64,000 nucleotides of DNA from Patescibacteria group bacterium (lineage in GTDB: Bacteria > Patescibacteriota > Patescibacteriia > GWA2-46-9), in the NCBI GenBank assembly GCA_041660005.1, contig JBAZXG010000004.1, forward strand, positions 69,720-133,719, in the 5' to 3' direction. Under the pieces are notes generated by a model that ran no database searches, was not told the DNA's origin, and saw nothing but the letters and a program-made list of their open reading frames with translations. This document shows, one piece after another, positions 9,923 through 19,884 of the stretch. Numbering within the stretch: the first letter of the stretch is position 1; the number at the start of each line of letters is the position of its first letter. A program made the translations under genes and the position numbers.

Positions 9923-9967
9923 TTGACAGCCAAAACAAACCATAATAAGGTAAGATGCTCTTTAAAA
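9923..9967 (+). promoter_or_regulatory. Sigma70-type promoter (TTGACA-17-TAAGGT) followed by boxA-like TGCTCTTTAAAA
   Basis: TTGACA 9923-9928, TAAGGT 9946-9951, boxA-like 9956-9967; ACAGCCAAAA is repeated at 9911 and 9926. Confidence 0.6.
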
Positions 9968-10091
9968 TAATACTGCTCGTCTGTGCAGCCCTTGGAATAT
10001 ACCAGCAGGTGTAAATCAAGGGCTGTACAGAACGCTCGTCTAATAAGCTCTGCATAGGGCAGGGTCAGGGGTGAGTAAGGAGAGAGAGATA

Positions 10092-10700
10092 ATGACACAG
10101 CAAAATGAAGCAAGTTTTGGGCAAGGGCTTGCCCTCGCGGCTCGCTTCGCCGAGTGCTTTCCGAGGAACGTCCCGCGCGCCGAGGTGCAAGCCATGGTCG
10201 ACGATCGAGACTTTTGGCTAAGGTATCTCGCTGAGGCAAGGGAAGCTTTCGCGAGGCGTCCTCTACCCGTCCCTGAGGCGGGAACAGAGTTCGAACTCGA
10301 ACTACCGATCATACCAGTGTCCGGCCTTGGCATGGTTCGAAAGGCTGGCGGGTGCGATACGGGCTTCAAGTTCGTAGGCTCGGAAATACTCGCCGGGCCA
10401 CACACTGGTACCTTCAAGCTCGTGTGGGTCAGCAACAAGGACAACCTGGAGTGTGTATGCAGAGTGCTGAAAACGCATGGTCGAATACCAGAAGGCCAGT
10501 GGCTCACTGCTCTTAAGACGAAATTCAGTAAGCCGGGTGGCAGAGGACCGATCGGCATCGCTGATCCATCCTGGCTCTACAAAGAGATTCGCCACTTTCC
10601 CTTCTTCAGCGAGTACTACCAAGAAATATGCTTCACTGCGGCGACCGAGGGCCTCAACGACAACTGGCGCTGGCTGGTCGAGGTCGAGCGCAAGAAATAG
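10092..10700 (+). CDS. Hypothetical protein; C-terminus resembles CPR C-type-lectin-like/DGR-target-like proteins
   Basis: AAGGAG SD before ATG 10092; ends PIGIADPSW...FPFF...NDNWRWLVEVERKK; GC-richer than its neighbours. Confidence 0.7.
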   Translation: MTQQNEASFGQGLALAARFAECFPRNVPRAEVQAMVDDRDFWLRYLAEAREAFARRPLPVPEAGTEFELELPIIPVSGLGMVRKAGGCDTGFKFVGSEILAGPHTGTFKLVWVSNKDNLECVCRVLKTHGRIPEGQWLTALKTKFSKPGGRGPIGIADPSWLYKEIRHFPFFSEYYQEICFTAATEGLNDNWRWLVEVERKK

Positions 10701-10821
10701 GGTTTAAGCTTGGAGCACTGAACCCTATGTACGTTTTTGTTTACTTCTCACTTCTGCCGCACTCCCGTTATTGTCCGACCAACTCGGGCTTCGGGAACTG
10801 AATTGGCAGACAAGTAAGACT

Positions 10822-10864
10822 GGGCTCGACGATGCGCAATGCAACGCCGAGCCCTTTACTTTTT
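10822..10864 (+). terminator. Intrinsic terminator
   Basis: GGGCTCG...CGAGCCC stem followed by TTTACTTTTT. Confidence 0.7.
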
Positions 10865-10883
10865 GTCGGTATCTATATCAAAA

Positions 10884-13808
10884 CTAGAAGCTCACCCCAC
10901 TACTCGTGAGCGGCAAACCAGTCACAGACGCAGCCAAGCGAGAATCCCTGCCGACGGTTTCAATTGAAGACAGCAAGAGCTGAATGGTGTCTCCCGCTAC
11001 TGCGGTTGTGGCGTCAACGACAACACGCAGCGCCATGCGTTGGTTAGGTGCTAAGGTCGGACCCGTTAAACGGTTACCACCCGCTCCGCTTATGGGTGAT
11101 CGCAACGTTGAACTGCGTAGTCGATTCGTTTCCGCATCAACTAATCGCATGTTGGTATACCCGCGAGTAACCGCAAGGCCGCTGGATCCTGCTGCTTCGA
11201 TAAAAGTGAGTCCATTAATCTGCACATCCTCAGCACCTGAGGCCGTGATGACAAAACCGGCAACAGAAAGATTTTTACCAGGAACAAGAGTTCCGCCGGT
11301 AAAGTTTGGATCGGCGGCAATGGTGAGTGCCGTGCGCTTAAAGGTAACGGTCGGAGTCTCATTATTGCCAAAAGTCGCCGTAATACTTGCTCCTGAAGTT
11401 CTGCCAAAAGCAGTAATGGAGCTGATCTTAAACTGAGAAACAGAACCATCGCTGAGGAATGACGAGTCAACCAGTAAGTCAACGCCATACTCGCGATTCG
11501 CACCAACAATAATTTTTAGAGGAAAGCGATATAGTCCACCGCTCGGCGACGCCAGAGTAATACCGCCAAGCTTTAAGTTGGAAAATCCTCGATCGAAACT
11601 AACTGGCGTTGTACCAATTGCCTCAAGCACGACCTCGTCAATTCGTATGTCTTCTCCTGGGCTCGCTTGAAAAAGCAGTCTGCCAACTTTAGTGCGCAGC
11701 CTACCAGCAGGACTTACCGCATCAGTAAATCTAGGATCGTTTCTTACGAAGAGAGAGATTTCCCTAGTTGGTCTTACAGAACCCGCTATAGGACCCGCAA
11801 AAGTAACGGTCTTTGCTTCGTTGCTAAGGGTAAAACGAAAATCAGAAAAATTTATCTGATACGAATCGGTTGCAGAAACGGTATTACTTACATTACCGAC
11901 CAGCTCATACGTATAGGTTTTATTAGCCATAAGAACGGGTGGGTTCGAAAGATAGACAGCCGTTTGGCGGTCGGTAACGCTATCAGCATCGATAGTCGCA
12001 ACGCTACCTCCTTTAAGTAACCGCAGCAGTAAAGGTCCTCTGAGCGCTGTATGCGGTACCGTCGTCGCCACCGCAACGGTCACACGATCCCAGCGGAGAT
12101 TCTGCCCGCTTGGCCGGATATCAATAGTCGCGAGTACCATACTGTCTGCGCCTTTCGTTAACGGACCAGTCGGACTATTCGCAGAAAGAGAAGCCGCAAC
12201 ACTACCGCCGACGATATGGATCGCATTCTGTCCTGTTAAAGAAGTGCTACCAATTGGAAAATTTCCTGCATTCGCTGCTGAGCGCGTCGCAATGGCAAAG
12301 CCGTAGTTATCTCCTTTGGCATACACATCGTAGTCATTTTCTATAATAAACTGGACACTGCTGTCTGAACCAGACACGACATCACCGCGAAGTACCAGTT
12401 CTTTAGTTTCGCCAGACAAAATTTTATAGGGCGAAGTGAAACGCAGCGCAACACTCCGACCGTTTGCAGAAGCACTGATCGCAACTGTTTTATTACGGTT
12501 GTCTAATAATTTGATATTCGCAAAGTCTGATAAGTCAGCGTTACCGACTGCCGTAAACAGCATACGCGCCAAGGACACACTCTCACGCCCCGACACAACA
12601 GACAATTTAAAGCGATTGAGATCCTGATCTTTATCTCCAACACGAATATCGCGAGCGCCGCTCGAAATTTGGACCGTATCAACAGATAACGATCCGATAA
12701 GTGCTGTGGTGCTCAAAACGGTAAAGGTTTTCGTCGTCAAAGGGAATACTCCGGTCATTGCAACATTAGATGCAGTTATTGCCGTCGGACTTTCAATTGT
12801 AAAAGAGAGAGTGCCTTGATTACTGGTACTTAAGGTCGAGGCAAAATTTACACTGAGTGTGATTCGCCGCTCTTGGTTGGCGGGCACTACTAAGGGCTCA
12901 GAAAAAGCGAACGACACCGAACTATTCACCAACTGCTGAGGACGCGTTAGCGAAAACCCGTTATCGTCGAATAACAAAAGACTGCTGATATCACGATCGA
13001 CCAAAAAACCATGCCGCGTCAGCGTAAGAGCAGTAACGCTCGCACTGCTCCGTCCGGCTTTAAAAACAATATTCGCCAACTCATTTCTGGTTGTTCCCGA
13101 CGGAATAGAAGCAGCAATAGACGTCGGAGTGATCGACACTGAGAGCGCCTCTGCTGATGGCGGTACGTCAGGCGCAGGTGGCAGCGGTAAGGTATCAGGA
13201 TTAAATGAATCGGTTAACCGGTACGCTAAGAGCAGGGGTTCGGGAACGGTCAACACATTTGACGAGCTAAATCCGGCCTTAGCAAAAACATCGGGGGAAG
13301 GAATAAGCGATCGCGTTAGTGCATCAAAATCAAGGTAATAAATGTCGGCGCTGTTTGCCGTTTTAACGAGATGACCATTTTTCATGCTGCGACTATCGTC
13401 GCCGCTGACGCTGACAATTTTCTCCCACTTCTCACCCGACCCAAGAAAACTTTCTTCTGTTGGATACCAAACCTTTTGCCCGGTCGCCTGATCAACGAAA
13501 TAGACACGCGGTCCGAGGGAGGATTTAATCAAGCGAACTGCATCAAATTTTGCGAGCGCCTCCGCCGTTACGTCCTTTAACTCAAGCAATCGATACGCAT
13601 AAGAACGCAAAATATCAACATTCGCCAAGTGATGACGAACTCCGCCAATGACGGCATAAATTTTCTTTGTCTGCGCGTCCCGCAAAAGTTCTGTTTTCGC
13701 GTCAAAAAGAGAAACAGCCTGAACCTGCGGTGCCCCCAAGAAGGAGACCGTGAGCACAAAAGCTGCAAAAACGAGTGTTCTTGATATATGCTTTATCATT
13801 AACTTCAA
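10884..13808 (-). CDS. Large secreted surface/S-layer-like protein (N-terminal repeated modules plus beta-rich Ig-like repeats)
   Basis: Signal peptide (..QVQA); repeated L(I/V)K..(V/I)Y(F/Y).D..(K/R) modules; Ser/Thr/Val-rich beta domains. Confidence 0.75.
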   Translation of the reverse strand: MKLMIKHISRTLVFAAFVLTVSFLGAPQVQAVSLFDAKTELLRDAQTKKIYAVIGGVRHHLANVDILRSYAYRLLELKDVTAEALAKFDAVRLIKSSLGPRVYFVDQATGQKVWYPTEESFLGSGEKWEKIVSVSGDDSRSMKNGHLVKTANSADIYYLDFDALTRSLIPSPDVFAKAGFSSSNVLTVPEPLLLAYRLTDSFNPDTLPLPPAPDVPPSAEALSVSITPTSIAASIPSGTTRNELANIVFKAGRSSASVTALTLTRHGFLVDRDISSLLLFDDNGFSLTRPQQLVNSSVSFAFSEPLVVPANQERRITLSVNFASTLSTSNQGTLSFTIESPTAITASNVAMTGVFPLTTKTFTVLSTTALIGSLSVDTVQISSGARDIRVGDKDQDLNRFKLSVVSGRESVSLARMLFTAVGNADLSDFANIKLLDNRNKTVAISASANGRSVALRFTSPYKILSGETKELVLRGDVVSGSDSSVQFIIENDYDVYAKGDNYGFAIATRSAANAGNFPIGSTSLTGQNAIHIVGGSVAASLSANSPTGPLTKGADSMVLATIDIRPSGQNLRWDRVTVAVATTVPHTALRGPLLLRLLKGGSVATIDADSVTDRQTAVYLSNPPVLMANKTYTYELVGNVSNTVSATDSYQINFSDFRFTLSNEAKTVTFAGPIAGSVRPTREISLFVRNDPRFTDAVSPAGRLRTKVGRLLFQASPGEDIRIDEVVLEAIGTTPVSFDRGFSNLKLGGITLASPSGGLYRFPLKIIVGANREYGVDLLVDSSFLSDGSVSQFKISSITAFGRTSGASITATFGNNETPTVTFKRTALTIAADPNFTGGTLVPGKNLSVAGFVITASGAEDVQINGLTFIEAAGSSGLAVTRGYTNMRLVDAETNRLRSSTLRSPISGAGGNRLTGPTLAPNQRMALRVVVDATTAVAGDTIQLLLSSIETVGRDSRLAASVTGLPLTSSGVSF

Positions 13809-13843
13809 GTATAGATAAGAACACTGGCAAACTCAATCCTCGC

Positions 13844-14944
13844 CTACCAAAAATGTCCAAAAGATGCCAATCGTGAAATATCCGAAAAAGTCACCAAAAG
13901 AATAATTAAAAGCAGAATAGAAAAACCAACCTGATGAATTTTTGATTCAATATGAGAGGCAACGGGTTTTCTTCTTACGACTTCGATAAGAATAAAAAGT
14001 AACCGGCCGCCATCAAGCGCCGGTATCGGCAATAAATTAACAAAAGAAAGATTAATAGATAGCAAAGCCACGAACTGTAAAAGATACAGCAGCCCCAAAT
14101 GAACGACATTTCCCGTAACGACAGCAATGCCTACCGGACCAGAAATATCAACACCGGCAGGAACACCCCGAACAAGGTTCGCTGTGGCTCCGCCAATGGT
14201 GCGCACAATGAGTACAAAATTTTGCCAGGTCATGCGCACTCCTTCAACTGGTGCCCAGTACCACGGATAGCGAATAACGCCTATCGAGCTTAACTGTACG
14301 CCAAACCCCACCACGGGTTCGGCAACACCTTCACGTTTAAATTCAGTCGGCGTTATTGTTAGTGTACGCTCACCCGTCTCACTCTTTAAAATAACCGACA
14401 CCGGTACTGAGACGTGGTTGCGAACATACTGCTGTAAATCTTGCAGGTGTACAAAAGTGTGTCCATCGAGCGAAGCAATAGACTCCCCAGGTATAACGAC
14501 ACCGTCCGCAGGACTCTCGGGAAGCACCGCCATAACACGATATGAAACATTCTCGACAATTGCTCCCTTCGGAGCACCGTCAGTAACGTCTTGCGGCATA
14601 CCGATAAGAAACCCCGCACTGAAAAGGACGGCTGCCACAAGCGCGTTCATGAGAACTCCTGCGGCGATAATAAGCGCACGTTTATACGCTGGCTGCACAG
14701 AAAAACTGTCCGGCGCGTCATCGCTCTTTTCCTCTCCCTTAATGCGCACAAAACCTCCTAAAGGAATCCAGTTCAAAGAAAAAATTGTATTGCCGCGCAG
14801 TCGGCGAATAATGGCCGGTGGGAAACCGACGCCAAATTCCTCTATGCCAACGCCGAAGAGTCTCGCCATGGCATAGTGCCCATACTCATGGACTAAAACG
14901 AGAAAAAAAAGCGTCAAAATAAAAACAACAACGCCAGTCATCAA
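13844..14944 (-). CDS. rseP: RIP metalloprotease (M50) with PDZ domain
   Basis: HEYGH, PLGGFVRIKGE, GPVGI and NLLPIPALDGG motifs. Confidence 0.95.
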   Translation of the reverse strand: MMTGVVVFILTLFFLVLVHEYGHYAMARLFGVGIEEFGVGFPPAIIRRLRGNTIFSLNWIPLGGFVRIKGEEKSDDAPDSFSVQPAYKRALIIAAGVLMNALVAAVLFSAGFLIGMPQDVTDGAPKGAIVENVSYRVMAVLPESPADGVVIPGESIASLDGHTFVHLQDLQQYVRNHVSVPVSVILKSETGERTLTITPTEFKREGVAEPVVGFGVQLSSIGVIRYPWYWAPVEGVRMTWQNFVLIVRTIGGATANLVRGVPAGVDISGPVGIAVVTGNVVHLGLLYLLQFVALLSINLSFVNLLPIPALDGGRLLFILIEVVRRKPVASHIESKIHQVGFSILLLIILLVTFSDISRLASFGHFW

Positions 14945-15495
14945 ATTGTAGTAATTTCTTTTTCTTTACGCTCCCCGATACCGTCAATCTTGTCGAGATA
15001 ACTGCGCGTAAATTCGTCAAGCTCTTTTTGCGCCTGAAAACGATCGTCTTCGGTAATTTCCTTTGCCTTTTCCGCCTTATTGATCGCTTCACGTGTTTTT
15101 TCACGTGCTTGGCGCACTTGTACCCTGCCCTGCTCCAATTTCTGCCCCAATACTTTAAGTAAGCTGTTGCGAGTTTCTTGTGTTAACGAAGGTAGAGTGA
15201 GATGCAACAGTTGCCCGTCATTGGTGATGCTGACATTAAGCTCAGCCTGGCCGAGCGCACGTTCAATATCTTTTAACAATCCCTTATCCCAGGGCTGCAC
15301 TTGAATCGTACGTGGCTCTGGTACGCTTACGCTCGCCAGCTCTTGCAAGCGCATTTCACTACCATAGGCGGACACTTTGATGTTTTCCACCAAACTCGGA
15401 TGCGCGCGGTTGCCCCGAATCGTCTGCAACTCTTGTTGCAAATGCTCGATGGCATTTTCAAAATCAGTTTCACTTACAGTTATAAGTTGGTGCAT
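14941..15495 (-). CDS. frr: Ribosome recycling factor
   Basis: IRGNRAHPSLVENI, QPWD and KEKEITTI. Confidence 0.95.
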   Translation of the reverse strand: MHQLITVSETDFENAIEHLQQELQTIRGNRAHPSLVENIKVSAYGSEMRLQELASVSVPEPRTIQVQPWDKGLLKDIERALGQAELNVSITNDGQLLHLTLPSLTQETRNSLLKVLGQKLEQGRVQVRQAREKTREAINKAEKAKEITEDDRFQAQKELDEFTRSYLDKIDGIGERKEKEITTI

Positions 15496-15498
15496 AAA

Positions 15499-16620
15499 CT
15501 AAAAACCAAGAGCACCCGAATTTTTACTTGCCTGCGGACGGAGAACCCCCAGGTAGAGAGCACTACCCAATTTTGGATCTACCAATAGTTTCGTCTTCGT
15601 GTTTGGGGCTGGCAAGGGGCGTGTCTCCCACGTTGCACCGGCGTCGGAAGATCGATACAGTGTGGTCGCGGTCGTATAATACAACTCGCTCGCATTCTGC
15701 GGATTCAGGGCGACATCATTAATTTCAACCTTACCGGTCGGCGTGAGTAACTGCAACGCCGCCCAGGTCACCCCAGCGTCAGTAGTGCGAACAAGTCCGT
15801 AATTTGAAGCAGCAACAATAGTATCAGGGTGCACTGGGTCAACGGCAATGGCGGTCATGTTTTTCGCTCCCGAAAAAGCATTTAAACCCTCACTCGTATC
15901 CTGCCACGTAGCACCGTCGTCTACTGTTTTCCAAATGCCACGCTTGTCAACGACGGCATAGAGCACCGAAGAATTAAGATCATGACCGACTAAATTTTTT
16001 ATTGCTCCACCGAGCCGTACAATTGTTTCCCAGCTTTGTCCGGCGTCTTTACTTTTCAAAATCTCACCGCTTGAAGTACCGGCAAAAATAACATTCGATT
16101 GATCGTGGTTGACTTCTAAGCTAAGCACGACCGTATCTTTTCGCGTATCAAAGTAGGGCTGTTGCCAAAATCGACCACAGTCAGTCGTCTTCAAGATGCG
16201 ATTAACCGTTGCTATATAAACAGTGCAGCGCTCATTGGGATTATAAGGAATAGCAATGTCGTTAATGGTGCCGCTGCGAATCGGTCCTGACTGCCACCAT
16301 CGTTGCGCCGCATCGTACGTATAGAACAGCCCCTGCCCTTGACTGCCAAGATAGAGCGTCTGACGATCCGTTGGGTCCATAACAAGCACCTGTACGTTCG
16401 TCGCATTCAGTGTGGGTCGAGGCTGCGTGTCCGTCGCTAAAATGAGGTTGGCCGTCGTCCAGGTATTGCCTCGGTCGGCAGATTTATAAATGCCAACTGG
16501 TTCTAAAGGTTGGTTACTAGAACTCGTACCGAGCAAACTCTCAAAACAACCCCCGAGGAGGAGCGAGAAAGGAAGAACAATTAAAATAAGGTAGCGGCGT
16601 AGTACGGAACGGTTTGTCAT
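15499..16620 (-). CDS. BNR/Asp-box beta-propeller (YCF48-like) probable lipoprotein
   Basis: Repeated S/T-x-D-x-G-x-T/S-W boxes; LLLGGC lipobox-like signal. Confidence 0.85.
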   Translation of the reverse strand: MTNRSVLRRYLILIVLPFSLLLGGCFESLLGTSSSNQPLEPVGIYKSADRGNTWTTANLILATDTQPRPTLNATNVQVLVMDPTDRQTLYLGSQGQGLFYTYDAAQRWWQSGPIRSGTINDIAIPYNPNERCTVYIATVNRILKTTDCGRFWQQPYFDTRKDTVVLSLEVNHDQSNVIFAGTSSGEILKSKDAGQSWETIVRLGGAIKNLVGHDLNSSVLYAVVDKRGIWKTVDDGATWQDTSEGLNAFSGAKNMTAIAVDPVHPDTIVAASNYGLVRTTDAGVTWAALQLLTPTGKVEINDVALNPQNASELYYTTATTLYRSSDAGATWETRPLPAPNTKTKLLVDPKLGSALYLGVLRPQASKNSGALGF

Positions 16621-17564
16621 ACTGATAGAGTAAAGAAAAAAGTGTTTAATGCCAAGCGTCGATTACCGTAGGTTTCAAGACGACGTCGCAGAGTCCCCAT
16701 CGATACCAGTGCGTCGTGCCATCGCCCCACAGCTGCTTGAGGAGAAATTTCCGTAACCCCAGGAAGCAAATAGCGGTGAATAATGAGTTCCTGCTCGCCC
16801 AAAGCAGCGAAAAGACCGTCGCGGAGTACCATAGTCCAAGTATCTAGCAAACGAAGCAAATCTGCCCGAGGCATGCTCGTCTCTTTAGCGACTGTTTCAG
16901 TAAAGGCCAGGCGCTCAGCGATTGACCCCTGGCACAACTGCAAAAAATCACTGGTGCTTTTTTTATAGGCGGCGTAGTGATCGGGTTCTGCAAACCAACG
17001 CAACGCTATTCCTGGTCTTCCGCCGGATACGGCAGCGAGTTCTTCGGCAAGTGCATGGGTTGCGCCACGCGTCTGTAACTCTTTAGAAAGCACACCAGCC
17101 GGAACGGGTACAAAGCGGCACTGCTGCAAGCGCGAACGAACCGTTGCCGGAAGCTGCTGCGGTTTCTCTGCAGCCAAAAGAAATACCGTTGTCGTGGGCG
17201 GTTCTTCTAGTGTCTTCAGAAGCGCATTCCAACCCTGTAGGGTTAGGCGCTCTGCTTCGGGAATAAGCGCAACCCGCCGCTGTCCGCTGAGCGGCGTGCT
17301 AGCTACGGACATAATAAATTGACGGACAAGTTCAATACTAATCGTTCCTTCACCCTCATCGGTCAAAACGAGAAGATCGGGATGCGTAGCTGTTGTTCCC
17401 TGCTCACCGTCTCCACCCAATAACGTCCTAGCTAGAGCATGAATGAATGTTTTCTTCCCAATATGCGAGGAACCAGAAAAAAGATAGGCATGATGCAAGG
17501 CGCCATCGCGAATAGCGACAGAAAAAAACTGCTGCCACTTCTCTTGACCTATAAAACCAGTCAT
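16617..17564 (-). CDS. holB: DNA polymerase III subunit delta'
   Basis: HAYLFSG..HIGK, HPDL, NALLKTLEEPP and LPATVRSR motifs. Confidence 0.9.
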   Translation of the reverse strand: MTGFIGQEKWQQFFSVAIRDGALHHAYLFSGSSHIGKKTFIHALARTLLGGDGEQGTTATHPDLLVLTDEGEGTISIELVRQFIMSVASTPLSGQRRVALIPEAERLTLQGWNALLKTLEEPPTTTVFLLAAEKPQQLPATVRSRLQQCRFVPVPAGVLSKELQTRGATHALAEELAAVSGGRPGIALRWFAEPDHYAAYKKSTSDFLQLCQGSIAERLAFTETVAKETSMPRADLLRLLDTWTMVLRDGLFAALGEQELIIHRYLLPGVTEISPQAAVGRWHDALVSMGTLRRRLETYGNRRLALNTFFFTLSV

Positions 17565-17592
17565 AAAAAATCAACAAATATGAAACTACTAC

Positions 17593-18702
17593 TTAAAGCG
17601 TACCATAAAGACTATCCAAGAGCACTTGCCACGTTTCTTTGGCGGTTCGCTGCCAAGTAAACTCTCGAACACGCTCATACCCTTTTTTAGTTAACAATGA
17701 GCACTGTTCGTCGTTGGCTGCAACTTCGCGCATCGCTTCCACTAACTCGTCCTCATTCTCTGGAGAAACAAAAAGAGCAGCAGAGCCCGCAATTTCCTCA
17801 GCCGCTCCGCCGCTCGTTGCAACAACTGGAACACCGACAGAGAATGCTTCCAAAATGGGCATACCAAAACCTTCATAACGTGTAGGAAAGAGAAGCGCTC
17901 TGGCACCGGTAAGTAACGCCATGCGCTCTGCATCTTTCACCCACGGCAAAACAACGATGCGCTCACTGCCAATCTTTTTAAGTATCTGGTCAATAAGCTC
18001 CGCGCCGTAACCACGTGAACCAACGAGCACGAGTTTATAATCGGGGTTTACCTCTCTAAAACGGGCAAATGCTTGTACGATACCGTCAACGTTTTTCTTT
18101 TTTTCATAACGACCCAAATAAATAAAGTAAGGACCAGAAATCAAACAATTACTGTTCGATAGCTTGCCTTCATCGCTCTTCGTACTAAGGTGTGGCGCCA
18201 GAAGCGTAACCGCAACACGTCGGCTTTCGATACCGTAAACATTTATGAGTTCGCGCTTACTATATTCAGAAACAGTAATAATGCGCCAACATCGTTTAAC
18301 GGCACGTCGAACATTCAAATGTAAGTACCACCGCGACCGTGCTCGATACGCTGACGGTAAACGCACGTAGCCAATATCGGGAATGGTCGTAATAGTGCGT
18401 TTCGGAAGCATGAACGGCAGAGCGCTGCCAGGAACAAAAAGCAAATCTGGTTTCCGGACGAGCATTTCAAAACTAAGTCTCAACACCGTCCAGAGGTATC
18501 GCGGCGGCCAGCGGAGTACCAATGACTCCCAATTCGGCGGGAGATAAGCTAAATCGTGAGTGAGCGCTTGATCGCTGTAGAGCCGCACGGTCACCTCCAG
18601 CGGTATCACCCGTTTGAGTTCTTCGATGACGTGGTATGAATACCATTCGACACCTGTCTTTTGTATTTTGTTGGCTCGCGATGCGTCTATGCCAATAACC
18701 AT
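17593..18702 (-). CDS. Glycosyltransferase family 4 (GT-B)
   Basis: TGVEWY, GRYEKKKN and YEGFGMPILEA motifs. Confidence 0.92.
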   Translation of the reverse strand: MVIGIDASRANKIQKTGVEWYSYHVIEELKRVIPLEVTVRLYSDQALTHDLAYLPPNWESLVLRWPPRYLWTVLRLSFEMLVRKPDLLFVPGSALPFMLPKRTITTIPDIGYVRLPSAYRARSRWYLHLNVRRAVKRCWRIITVSEYSKRELINVYGIESRRVAVTLLAPHLSTKSDEGKLSNSNCLISGPYFIYLGRYEKKKNVDGIVQAFARFREVNPDYKLVLVGSRGYGAELIDQILKKIGSERIVVLPWVKDAERMALLTGARALLFPTRYEGFGMPILEAFSVGVPVVATSGGAAEEIAGSAALFVSPENEDELVEAMREVAANDEQCSLLTKKGYERVREFTWQRTAKETWQVLLDSLYGTL

Positions 18703-18772
18703 ACACTACAGCATAGACCGCCCGACCTTAGCTGTCCAAAATTATCTAGCGGTACGCAACCTTAAAGCAAAG

Positions 18773-19846
18773 CTATTCTTGTAAAGTAACTTTTCCCTGC
18801 TTGTTGAACCAATAGGTTGTACTCCCAGGTACGCCATTGACCGTCTGCGCCACAACCGCGCTGCTGCCAAGAAGTTTTCCCTTGTCAGTTGCAAACACCG
18901 TACCGACCCATTCTTTCGTAAGCCAATTCGCCAGATGACCGCCATCCCAGCCAAGAGCCGGATCAAAATAGAAATCAGAGTAGTAATATAATGTACGCGC
19001 TCGTGCTTCCGCTATTACGTCACAGCACTTCCCTTTGTTTACTGGTAACTTCAACTTTTGTAGCACAACCGCTTCTTCGTCTGGAGAGAGCACAATGTGT
19101 GAATCCACCGCTGTGTTGTCAACGCCAAAACTGTAACCGGTTGAAAAATCGATGAGTTCAAGGTCAGAAAAATTCGTGAATCGAGTAAGCACAAACTGGA
19201 CAATGCCCGGCGCACGCTTTGCCGCTTCGTTAACTGCATCACTCAGTCGCAATACGTCGGCTTCTTTCCAACTTGCAAGGTCCCCTATGGCTCCCGCATT
19301 CATGGTGCCGAGTTGAACGCTTGCACCGTCAAGCAGTAATGAAGCGGCGACTTCGGGGCGCGTTTCGTCCGTGCTCGTATAAAAAACAACTAACGTTGCC
19401 ACCTTGCGATTTTGACTGTCGAACCAATAAACTTGCTTTTGACTTGGCATGGTGAAACGGGCATCTCGCTCTTGCCTTTCGCCAATGCAACGGTAGGTGG
19501 TTCTCTTTTTAGAAACAACCTCCTGATAATATCGAGTGGTAATAATATTCCACTCCCCCACGACCTGAGAGTCCGAGATAGAAAAAGACGGTTGCACACC
19601 AAATGCTGCCTCTGCGCTAGCCGCCCCGTCATTACTTACCGGGGTGAGCAACACAGCATCACTTGGTTTGTCTTGCTTACAACTATTTGAAGCTGTTTTT
19701 GCAAATACGAACGTCGGAAAAAACCCAATCACCGAAATAATGACGCTCGCCAATATGCTGGCAGCAAATATGGTATACCACCCTGACTTTGCGTTCATGG
19801 AATAGAGTGATGCGCTCATAAATATAAAATTTATATAAGAGAGCAT
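18773..19846 (-). CDS. Hypothetical secreted protein (true start probably ATG 19819 or 19798)
   Basis: 357-aa ORF with a signal-peptide-like segment ending VFA; no recognised domain. Confidence 0.6.
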   Translation of the reverse strand: MLSYINFIFMSASLYSMNAKSGWYTIFAASILASVIISVIGFFPTFVFAKTASNSCKQDKPSDAVLLTPVSNDGAASAEAAFGVQPSFSISDSQVVGEWNIITTRYYQEVVSKKRTTYRCIGERQERDARFTMPSQKQVYWFDSQNRKVATLVVFYTSTDETRPEVAASLLLDGASVQLGTMNAGAIGDLASWKEADVLRLSDAVNEAAKRAPGIVQFVLTRFTNFSDLELIDFSTGYSFGVDNTAVDSHIVLSPDEEAVVLQKLKLPVNKGKCCDVIAEARARTLYYYSDFYFDPALGWDGGHLANWLTKEWVGTVFATDKGKLLGSSAVVAQTVNGVPGSTTYWFNKQGKVTLQE

Positions 19847-19884
19847 CTTTGCACAAAAACGCCTTTATGTCAAGGTATTCATTT

